Source: Leptogorgia sarmentosa (lineage: Eukaryota). Taken from it: a stretch of 64,000 nucleotides of DNA. Each line of letters opens with the position of its first letter. Position 1 is the first letter of the stretch. The notes beneath the pieces were generated by a model. The model saw only the letters and a program-made list of their open reading frames with translations. It did not search any database and had not been told where the DNA came from. Location: positions 7,440,001-7,504,000 of the forward strand of contig OZ210884.1 of NCBI GenBank assembly GCA_964658305.1, written 5' to 3'. Shown here piece after piece: positions 1 through 12,000 of this stretch. The position numbers and the translations under genes were made by a program.

Positions 1-3000
1 TCTACCGTAGACGGGGGAGGCACAGCTCTCCTTGGTACCTCCAATTGCCTCCGTCTTCCCATCATGACATTAGTTTCTGGACGTTCGCTTACAGGACCAC
101 TGACGTCACTTCCTTCACCAGTCTCTTCTTCGAATGCGGGATTTGTTCTGAAAAATAACGTCAGGCGTCATGCGCAAAGTTTTACGCAGGGATTGTTGAA
201 TGCTTTAAAAATTGGTATAGGTAATGAGAACCATATTAGTGCCCTACAATTGTCATGTAACAATAGTCCATGAGGGAGCTGAGAATTTTTAGTATTGATG
301 TTTAGATGGGTTCTTAAGGAGGGGGAATTGTTATATGTGATATAATTGGGCTCGCATTTCCACACATTTCTCGTTCTCTCAAACTTGCACTTGTGTTTAC
401 ATAACTCGATGTGTTAACATAGGAAAATGTTTTCTATTACTTTTAAAAAATAACACGATGACTAAAGCGGAATAAGCGGAATTGTAACTGCAACATGCGG
501 GGGAATTGGGCAGCCAATATAACGCTCGCATTTACCAAACTGATTCGGAAGCTGCTACACATTTTATGGAGATTTATCTCTCCGTTTTTAAGAGCCTTTA
601 ATTTGATCAAGGGTACCGAGATGATATTCTTTTCTTTATTCAAGTTTTCTGATTCAGTAATGCAAAGTTGCCACACGACTCACATACCTCGTACTAATGC
701 TTTCTCTACTGGGAACTTTTCTTCTCAGAGAACCTTCTTTGACAAGATTTTTTCGTGGCGGTGGTCGTGGTCGTGCTTCGCTGGGTCCATTTTCCTCCAC
801 AGCAACCGTCGGCCGTGATGGAGGCGGGCGACGGAGAGCTGGTCTGGCTTCTGGTTCAGCGGCGTGGGTCATCTACAGATAATTGAATATGAGGATTAAA
901 TACGGAAAGTGTTAGCTTTGGGAAGAAGTATTTGAACAAGTTAGGTCCGGGAAGAAGATATTTGAACAAGTTAGGTCTGGGAAGAAGATATTTGAACAAG
1001 TTAGACTCCAGACGCAAAAAAATGATTGATTCTGTCGTAAAGTAATTTTCTAACTATTCTTTTCAAATGAGTGGAAAATACGTTAGTAAACGGATAACAA
1101 AAGAATAAGATTTTAGTCGTATACAGTGGTATATTGAAAATCTTGATTTTGATTGATCAACGAATGCATAGGCTTGCTGCTTGATATTCTAGACTTAAGC
1201 CCGTTTTCCACTCCAAATATTTTACCGCCAGATTTATGCAGCCAGTGGCATCGCCAGACTCGATAAATGTGGGACCGTAAAAACAATCGATTTCCAAAGA
1301 AGATAATTGTGCAAAACACGAATATATTAATTATTGGAGACGTTGGTTTACACTGTTGTGGTGTCCCTGCCATTTTTGTCCATGTTTATTGTGTAGATGT
1401 CTATTTGCTGTTCTGTTAGGTGTTTTTGACAAAGTTTAATAAATAAATAAATAAATAAATAAATAAATACTTAGTGTAGCTAGTTTAAGTAATAACGTAC
1501 CCTTGGTTTCTGCACCTCAGTCGGAGAGTCTGTTTGTGGTTGTATTTTTTTGAGTGTTCCTTTCTTCCAACGACAGTATAGTATAATAACAAGAATCAAG
1601 AGTAGAAATCCAACGGATCCAGCTACGATAACAGGGATAAACCAGGAAGGATAGTCATCATCGCTACCAGAAGTGCCCGAATTAGTAGGAGTCTGCGGTC
1701 GTGGTGTTGAGTTGACTTGATACGGTGTGGTGATGCTGGACATCTCATTCACTGTAAGTCTTTTCAAGACTGAGCATGCGTAAGTGGCGTTGAGAATTGA
1801 GCCCGCGTCTGTGATGTAATAGGTGACGTCAGCAGAGGAACCTTGGGTCCAGCTGGTGCCAGTTACCTGTAAAATATACACACATTTCACATTTTGTTTA
1901 AAGGACCGTTCATTTCACCTGCAATTTCCCTCTAGTTTTCTCCTTCTGATAGATGTGAACGAGTGAGTTAATGACAAATGGTATGAGTGGATGTTCCTTA
2001 TCTGAACATTCGTGTTACCGTTTTACTCGTTTACTCGTTGAGAAAATCGCATTAGAACTCGCGGTAAAAGTTGCACGTATAAATCGTCCGTGAAGATAAA
2101 TTAAATCTAATACAAAGCGTTTAATTGTACAGCATTGCTCGCATCATCACTGCCACTGGTGTGGTTTAAATATTGTGACAGTGGTTCAGACGTATTTCAT
2201 TAAAGATGATACGTAACTGGCATTTGGGCCCGCTCTCTCTTCTACAAATATTGTATAACAAGCATCTATAAAATTATTGCATAACGAACTTCAATACTCT
2301 GCCAGTGTAGGTAGTGGATAACAACACCACTTGCACCAAAAATTGAATGGTTCATGAACGAGAGAAGTATTTATTACAGCACGCGCTTTTGCATGTTGCT
2401 GTTCGTCTGAAGCTAACTTAAATTTCCAGAGGTGAAATAAACGAGATTAACAACAAAAGAGTGATTTCCATAGAGGGGACTTTTTATGGACAGTGGACAC
2501 CCTGTATATTATTGTACAACGTCAATAAGCTCTGTCACAGGCCACTGCTACTCTGTTAGCCATACATACATCAATGCTGCTAGCCTATTGTTCTTGCACA
2601 CTTTATAAAGTCATACAATTAAACAGTGTTTGCAGGACTCTACTTGTAGATCAGCATTATTAATATAAATAATTGAACGAACCTTTACAATCAGACAAAC
2701 AAAGTGAACATACAAGCACCATTTCGGAAGACGAATATGTCCGCATTTTATACAAGCCGTGTTGTTTTCAAGCGAAGCTGTAATTTGAGATAGACTGAAC
2801 TGTGGTTGCTAAGGCAGTGGATTATGCAATATAAACACGAATATACAAACACTCAAGATAAGTTTAAAATACACAGTTCATACAGTTTTTACGATGAGTA
2901 TGTGTATGTGGCTTCTGATTAAAGATAGGAGAGAAAACAAATTTTGCCGTATTTCAATCCGACAACTTCGGGATTGTTCAACCATCAAGTGAGAATGCTT

Positions 3001-6000
3001 TAATTTCAAGCTGGCGGGAACAACCGATGATGGATGTTCAACAAACAGAACAAACTACTGATAAAGACAATATGATCGACTGCTTGTTACTGGTAAGTAT
3101 ATAAATATGATCAGGAGAATCACACTACCATACCATTAAGAATGTTGTAATTGTGGCTACGGCTTTCGCTCGCTAGATAGATAGATAGCGAGTAGTAAAA
3201 CAATCATATTCTTGGCGAAATTTTTTAACGAAATTCTCTTCTGGCTCACGTTTGTGAATTATTTTATGAAATATTGTAGGTTTGATCTCTGATTCTGCTA
3301 TAAAACAATTAGATTACCCCCTCTTGATTTGAACGATAATATGATAGTTCATTCGGGCTTCATGCACCATCATCTGATAAAAATTTCGAGCTCGTTCCAT
3401 TACAGTACAGATCTAGAACAGAGCATTGTCATATTGCATTTTATCACTTCACTCCCTATATTATAACTAAGATAACTATTTTGTTCAAGTTTTTGAAGCC
3501 GAGAAGTTCGAATGATAACACCGCACATATTCATTGACCGCCCTAGTTGCCTTTTAGAAGAAATCGAACCTGAGATTACGTTCTGCAACTATCTATATGT
3601 TGGTTAACAACCAAACTACAAATTTCAATAGATTTGCTATAATTTAAGTAGTAAGTACAACTTTTGCTGCTTTTCTGGTAGCTACACTGGTCACGTATTA
3701 GCTATAGTTTGAAATTTTTTAACCCGCTACATTGAGATACTAACCACCGTGTCAATGCTCCCCAAAGCTCTTCTCTTTCTTTTTCGAGATCCTTTCAACT
3801 GTGCTCTCACATACACTTGAGTTAATTTCCTCGAGATCTCATCTTCAATGTCTCGTAGTACCCTGACGTTATCAAATCGCATATTTTGGACAATATAATC
3901 CAAGACCCTCGGTTGTAATATGCCTGGGATATATGGAACCACCAACACCTGACAAGAAAATGAACAACATCGGTAAGGAGAATATTTTTAGCCTACTGTA
4001 AGGATTCTAGCGTTTTTGTTTCTGAGCAAAAGTCTAGCGACTACAAACGACTGGGAGAGACAAAAAGATAATGACTGTGGGATAAAACAAATCCTATCAG
4101 CGCAGTTTTTCTGGTCATTTGCGGTCCCTGGGCGTTGGTTACAAGCGCCACAGCTAACAACTCTATGGAGACTAGCAAGCTTTAAAAACGAAAACGCTCT
4201 AAGTGACTGGGATATAGACTTAGTAGCTGATAGGCAAGGCCATTATGACGTTTCACAGCATTATTTAACTTCTAAGTCCAGCATGCTTTGCCGGAATCAC
4301 ACTTCAATTAAACCTGAACTATCCTGAATGTTGGTGAAGCTTGCTGGTCTTGTAGATAAGTATAGGGAAATGAAACGTTTGCTATGGTCTATATTCTTCA
4401 ACGCTAATATAGTTATTAGCGAGGTTCAGATTTGACTTCCACTACCACTACCGCTACCATTAAGAGACAATAAACCAATCAGATTCTTCAAGTCTGTTCG
4501 GTTAACCCATCACATTCGCGATAGGTCAGCGTATGGTTGCGGTTGCGGTAGTGGAAGTCAAATCTGAACCTCGTTTGCCATTAAAGGCCAACATACCGTT
4601 TGCTTTAACTGCGTTGACAACCTGTTCGCATCAACATCAAAAGCTTTCTGTACCATGGAACGATCAACCGTAACATTGTCCTCCAAGATTATAAATTCAA
4701 CATACGTTCTTCCAAGAGGTTCATGGAATATTTGAGTGATCTGGTGTAAAGAAAGCGTTTTGTTTTACTTAAATCGTGTACCTTAAGATAAACAATTCAT
4801 TTTGAGGAAATATGCAGCAGTAAAAATGTCCAGTGAATGTCGTACAGTATATCCCAATAGAATCAACTGGGACGATGAGCATGGAAATATGATTTACAGT
4901 ATAGAGATTAAAGCCAACAAAGTATATTAAGCTACCATGACTATCAATTTGATTATTAGCTCAAGGTTTTATGGGCGATCACTTCGTAGAAATCGTTATA
5001 ATATTATTTTGCTGATTCGATGGAATAATGGACAAGTGTTAATTATGGATGACAACTGCCAATCATGTAATTAATTCTTTGAATGTTTGCATGTGGTGAA
5101 GATTAAAACAATTACGTGGTGTAAACTACAAACTTTATAAATGTCAATCATGTGGTTGTGCATGCAGTAAAATACTCTTCTTCTTTTAGGAATATTGATT
5201 TTGCTACTTACTGTTGCCTCAACTGTGCTGAGCGAATTTTGGGAATATGTCTTGTAAAAACTGGCCAACTCCATTTCGAAACTTTTCTTCACTGCCGGGT
5301 TGGAAAGATTTTTCTGGCTTACAGTTTTGATAAGCATGGCAAGAACTTCCGCTGTTGGTATTGGTGTAGGACGTGACAATACCTGGAAAAGAAGGTCTGT
5401 ATTCAAATAACTGATAGATAAAACGTCACATTATGATCGGTAATTGAGTGATATGACATCAGTCATTTTGATTTTGTGATGGCAATTTCCATGGTGACAA
5501 ACATAATATTACTACAACCAAAGTTGACAAAGTCTGTTAAGACCGTCCTTAAGTAGCATGCATCCTTGTGGCAAGAAAAAAGCGCGAGGTTTTTCTATTT
5601 TTCAACAATTTCGCGTGTACAATAGATAGATACTGTACAACACATAATATAAAATTTTATGAGGTCTCGCTAATGGCCTCATTATCAGCTGGTTTTTATG
5701 AGGAGCGTAGTCAGTATATTATCGGTGATGATGGAGTTAAAGGGAAAAACCAGTCCACTTACTTCGTAACCAATCAGAGCGCTCATTTTCGCTGTGCTAA
5801 GAACGTTCATAGTGTTAGCAGCATCTTGGGCTGATAAAGTTTTATTGTCAGCAATGACAATATATCTGACATCAACTTTTTCCCCTTTCCTTTGTATGCT
5901 TTCAACCTAAAATGAAGGACAATATTAGGTTTGCACAACGTCATTAAGGAATACTCTCGCTTTTCAAGCTCGTGTTACTTTGAGGTCTTTGAAGCTTACT

Positions 6001-9000
6001 CGTTCATATTGTTATATCCAAATTGCACTCGAAACCATGTACCAATGTACATTACGAATTTACGATATACACTACTATTATTTAACTATAGGATCGAGCG
6101 GCGTCATTAATGACTATTTATGAATTACTTGGTAAATGTGGGTATCCAGAAAAGTTTGGAACTTACCAAAGCAGATAGTTCATTTGGAAAAAGCATTATA
6201 CATTACCGTAAAATTCCAAGACACTCAGCTTTTATTTGCCAGAATACTTTACATTTCCAGCATTGATAGTAACCTTACCTCAACACGTGAATTAGGAACA
6301 GCCCTCCGCCTGCGTCTTCGACTTTCCACCAATAGTCCTTTCTGGTAAACTTCGTTTAGTTTCTTTTCCAAGTCGGTTTTAAACGTGGCAGTGTTTACAT
6401 TAGTACTTTCAGGAACATTTAAAACAATAATCACGATTGAATTTTCATCCACAACTGCAGTTGGCTTTTGCGTAGTAGTTACTGATGACGACTGTGCGAT
6501 ATTGGATACAGTAGGGGAGATTTGATGTACAGTGGATGATAAGGATATATTGGGTGAGGTATTGATAATAGTATACGTTTCAGGGGTATTAATGGCTGTT
6601 ACTACTGTTGGTAATACAGGAGTAGGCGAGGTTATAGGTGAGGATGTTTTGGAAAAGATCGTTGTTGATGACTGAGGTGAACCACTCGTAACTCGGGTAA
6701 TATTCACAGAAGACTTACTCTGCGTTACCTCATTGAAGCGACTTTCAACTTGTGAGCTGAATAAAACGCTGGTCTTGTTGACAATCGGACTTTTTTCCAC
6801 CGACGGCTTTACGACGATCGCTGTTCGGTTTAATGACGAAAACAACAATTCCATGGAGCTGGCATTCGGACGGATCGAAACAGAACTTGTGAAAATTCTT
6901 GTTGAGTTGGTTTTAGTTGATGATGGCACCGGAGCTTCTAAACTGGTTGTGGCAGCTTGCAGACTTGTTATGTTCGTTGATATCGTGTTTGAGGTTGATG
7001 AAATATTTACAAATATGGTTGAGTAACTGACCAGGCATAAACCCAATGACGATGTGGGTATGACATAGTGCGAAAAGTACCAACCAAACTCTGTTTGACT
7101 TGCAGAACTAGCCAGGCTTGGTGAGTTTGTTTCCAGCCCACGCGATGACATTACTGTAGACTTTCCAGGTTGAGTAACTGTTGAATTTACAGTAAAACGA
7201 TCTCTATCGGTTGCCGTGGAGGAACTACTTTGTGTCGCAACGGCTTTGGATGAAATATAACTCTCCACAGGTAAACTTGGTGTAGCAGTTATAACTTTGC
7301 TTCCGATAATGGAAAATGATGGTGAAGGACTTGGTGTCATGTGGACATATGGGGTTACGAGAGTGGAGAAGTTACCCGAAATATTTCCATGGATGGAAGA
7401 TGTATTATGCAAATATGTAGAGGCGCTAGCGGGTGCAATCGAAGAGGTGAAATTTTTGTTTGATCGCGAGAACAATCTCTTTGTGGTGACATGGGTGGAA
7501 TTTACCATTGCATTTGTTTCGGATGTGTTAATAGACTGCGTCAGCGATTCACCCAATAGAGATGTTCGGGCACCCGAGACGTTTATAGTGGAGGAAAAGT
7601 TGTACTTGAATGTCGCTGTGGGAATTTCTCTAAAGCTTGAGGTTACAACAGCCGATATGTTTCTTGACTGATGTGAAGACGATTGCCCTGTTTCCAAAAA
7701 GGCATCAGACGTTGCCGTGCGAGTTGGCATGAGCGACGACTGATTACCATCAGTCGTTTTCACAATGGGATATTGTGAGGATGAAACTCGCATACTAACT
7801 GAAGCGGCTCGGGAAATTTTAGCAACGACTGATGTTGAGGTACCAAGGATAACTCCATCATCTGAGTTCGTAGGATTCGCAGCAGTCACACTTCGTTCGG
7901 TTCCAACAGTCTTGTTTATTGTGCTCTTGTTTGCACCAAGAGAGTATATGGAGTGAGATGACGAGTTTACGAGCCTTAGTGTTTGGGACATTTGTGACGT
8001 CATCATCTCTGTCTTCAGCGACGATTGGGAGGAGTAAATTTTTGACATGTGCTGTTGTTGTGAGCTAGAGGAAGTGATGTCATAACTGGAGGTGTGTGAA
8101 CCTTCTTGTGGCTCATTTGAGTAGCTACTTTCGCTAGCATTCGAAAACGCACTCAAAAGTGATTGAGATGGATTTACTTTATTCTCGTGTCTTGCCATTG
8201 ACAAGGTAGAGTTAGGATTGTAGCTATGCGTTGTAGTTAGTCTATACGATGCAGTGATAATGGATGAATTTTTCATAATATTAGAGTTTCCAGATGCAGC
8301 TGTGACTGCCCGAGCTGATGTCATTATAGGCTTGCTCCGGCTTCCACTCTCATCCCTAGTAAAACTTGGAGTAAGAACAACAGAATGGTGTGTTGAGGTC
8401 GTCGCAGTAATCATTACATCTTGCTTTTCAGTAATGGAAGGCACAAAGGTGCCATGATTGGATAAGTGACTGTTTATACCTGCATTCTCTGCAATTGATG
8501 TGTTGTCTCGCTTTGTTATGATATTTTGGGACGAACTAAACTGTGAAGAAGAAGCGGTTTTCAACTGATGTGCTCCATTTGTTGCGTTAATTGTCGAGGT
8601 AACAATTGCGGAAGAATTGTTTGATTTTGCATGAGATTCCAGCATCCTTGAACTATTAACTTTTTTATCAGAGCTGGTAGGGTTTGGAGAAATCACAGAT
8701 GCAACAGAAAGAGATGGAGCTATAATGGCAGCCGACATAGGTACACTGGTAGATTTTTTAATGTGACTTTGGTTTGACAAGTGCTCTTCCGATGTAAGCA
8801 TGTGTATTGCAGTACTCAACACAACGCTTGAATTATCTAAACTTAGTGTTTGCCATAGGACTGGGGTTGGTTGCAGTATGTTTTGGTTGTCGGTCTTATT
8901 GCTTTGAGCTTTTGTTTCAAGACTGGTCATCGTGGCAAAAGAACTCATTGTCGTGCGCAGATGTTCAACACTGGATGTTGCAACCAGCAACGGATTAGGT

Positions 9001-12000
9001 GTTGTTGTATTGATTAACGAGGGAGCTGGTGTCAAAACTGATTCCACACTTTTGTACAGAGTTTCGGTAGATCCAGACAAAGATCTTTCCGCAGACATCG
9101 CTCCGACGCTCTCCAATCCCTTCCATGCTGAAGTGCTTGCTACTGCCATTGATACAGTTACTGCAGATGTTATGCCAGAGTTTTCAAGTACACTTGCGGT
9201 AAAATTGCTATTTTCCGCTGCTCTTCTTTTTCGACGATTTGTTTTTATGTCACTGCTTGCTGATAAGCTTGGTGCTGCATGGGTACCAACGTATGATGAT
9301 ATTGTTTTATTGAGGGGAGAGTTTGTAACTTTGTGTGACGCCCATTGTGAACTATTTCTTGTAGCTAGATCCACAGTAGGTATGGTTATGCTACGGGTGA
9401 CCTCAATCGACGTGGACCAACTATTTTCTTTCCGGGCTGTTTTTGATACCATTAGTGATTTATTAATAGCAGTTGTATTTGTAATGTTGTGTAGCAATAA
9501 AGGTATACTTGGTGTGATCACCATAGTTTTATTTCCATCTGAATTGGAATTAGATGCATGAATTCCTAGACTGGATAAATTTGCTGACAGTGTTGTTGAA
9601 TTTACAGACAGTTGATTGCCATCGGTTCCCGTGGGGGAACTACTTTGTGTCGCAACGGCTTTAGATGAAATATAACTCTCCACAGGTAAACTTGGTGTAG
9701 CAGTTATAACTTTGCTTCCGGTAATAGAAAATGACGGAGAAGGACTTGGTGTCATGTGGACATTTAGGGTTACGAGAGAGGAGAAATTACCCGAAATATT
9801 TATCGGTATATTCGGTTCAGTTGCCGAGGGTAATGGTATAAACGTTGAATTAACATGGGCAGATTCTCCCAATGGGGTCGACTTCTTAATGTGGCTCTGG
9901 TTTGACAATAGCTCACTCGATGTTAGCAAGGGCGCTGACGAACTCAACACCAGACTTAAATTGTTTAAACTCGGTGTTCGCGGCAGTGCTGGCGTTGGTT
10001 GCAGTGTAGTTAGGTTATCAGTTCGGTTGCTTGGGGTTTCTTTTCTAGAACTGGTCTGATTGACTGAAGTACTCATTACAGTTCTATACATTTCGACATT
10101 TGTTAAGTTCACTGTGAAACTCGACAGAGAAATAGAAGTGTCATGTCCGTCAAAGTGAGCTGTAGTCGTGTGATTGCTTTTGCTAGTGAACACGTGGTTT
10201 GACGATAGGGTGGGCTGACTATTCCGAGACGATTTCTCATTTCTACTTGAGGTGTTGAACGATAACGACTGGTTGAAGGAAGTAGATTGTACATCTGTCC
10301 AGTTAACAGCCCACGAGACAGTTTGGTGTACTTGCCTTGCATATGTGGTGGTCAATGTCATTCCTAGCTGAATGGAGCTCGAGTGTGTTGTGTGAGATGT
10401 GACGTTTGCTGTAGCACGTGTGGATGTTTCCTGATTCGGGGAGCTTTTTGCAAGTGAACTCTGGTTCATCTTTGTGCTTACGCTGTTACCTAAAGAGGTC
10501 ACCGTTTGTCCAAGGGTTGTTGTATTTCTTATCATGCTTGAGTTCACCAGTATCGATTTACCAGACAAAGAATATGAAAATCCAATGATGGAACTACTTG
10601 ACATAGGAACAGTTGAATTCATGAGAATAGTTGTTCTTGGCTTAGAAACACTTGCATTGACAGATTTCTCTACGGACTTGCTTTTGTAAGACGAATGGAA
10701 AACGATGGTGGTGTTTGTGATTTCGACAGATGAGTTCGGCGCAAACGTTGACATCGGTGATGAAGGGTCTTCCAAGGATTTTGTACCATTTCGGATGTTC
10801 GTAATAGAGTCACGATTCACAGTTACCTCACGAGAATTAGATGATGACGCTGCAATCATCAACGTCGAACTGCTGGTGTTTGTAAAATTATTTGCTTGAG
10901 AATAATTATGCTTTTTGACGGTTGCTGAATTCATGTTGCTTTTAGTCATTGTAGCATTATGCGTTGATTGCACGCTGGAGTGTATGCGATCAGGCAAGCT
11001 TGACAAGGATTGTGTTGGCGACTTGGAGAGTATTTCAGTAGAACTGAATCGGGATGGTAATTGGGTAGATGTTGGCTCCACCAGTGGACTACTTGCAAGT
11101 GGATGTTCACTTGAAAGTGACTGTTCACTTGACTCAGGAGCGGATGACATATGTTTAACGGACGAACCATTTTTAATGTCAACAGTTGGAGCTGGAAACA
11201 ATTGCGTTATTCGGCGTGATACTGTAATCATGTATGAAATGTAACAGGACGTATAAACAGGAATCACGGATACGCCGTTCATGTTTGACAAGCTTACCAA
11301 ACCAGGCAACGAACTGGAGGTTTGTGCTATAGAAGTCAATGATTTACTGGAAAGTTCTTGGCTAGATGAGTTCATTAATTCGCTCGAAACCTTAATGCTG
11401 GAACTTTGGACTTGATTACTTGTGTTGATCACGACCTCAGTACTTTTGGAAGATAAGTCAAACGAACTCCACACTGTGCTATGGCTGGATTCTATTTGCA
11501 TTTCCGTGTTAGACAAAGACATAATTCCCAATGAAATGCTTGACATTACTTTAGATTTGCTCGAGTTGATTATGCTGGTAGATGGTGGTACCTTAGAGAA
11601 AATGGGACGGGACGAAGACATGTTGTACACATGAGAGGAGGAATAGTCCACTGACACTGTACTGAGGCTTGGTTCTATCTGCATGTCCGTTCTAGGCGAA
11701 GACGTAGTTCCCAACGAAATGCTTGATTTTCCCGTAGACATTCTCGAATTAATCGTGCTGGTAGATGGTAGTATCTTAGAGAGAATGGGGCGGGACCAAG
11801 ACGTATTGTAGACATGAGAGGACAAATACTTCAGCCTAGAAGATATCATTGTCCGAACAATTGATGAAGAATTGGACGCAAGTATACTTCTCGATAAGTT
11901 GTGTGCCCAAGACTGGAGTGAAGATCCTTCGCTCTTCGTTACTGTCTGTTCCACGCTAGTATTGTACGACGGCGTTACAGAGCTCATATTCTTTGCAACA

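Noticed and set aside
919..1008. 30-bp repeats resembling a CRISPR array
   Set aside because: No unique spacers, eukaryotic intron, no cas genes
3024..3098. Plus-strand mini-exon MMDVQQTEQTTDKDNMIDCLLL followed by GTAAGT, inside a mucin intron
   Set aside because: No downstream exon or homology identifiable
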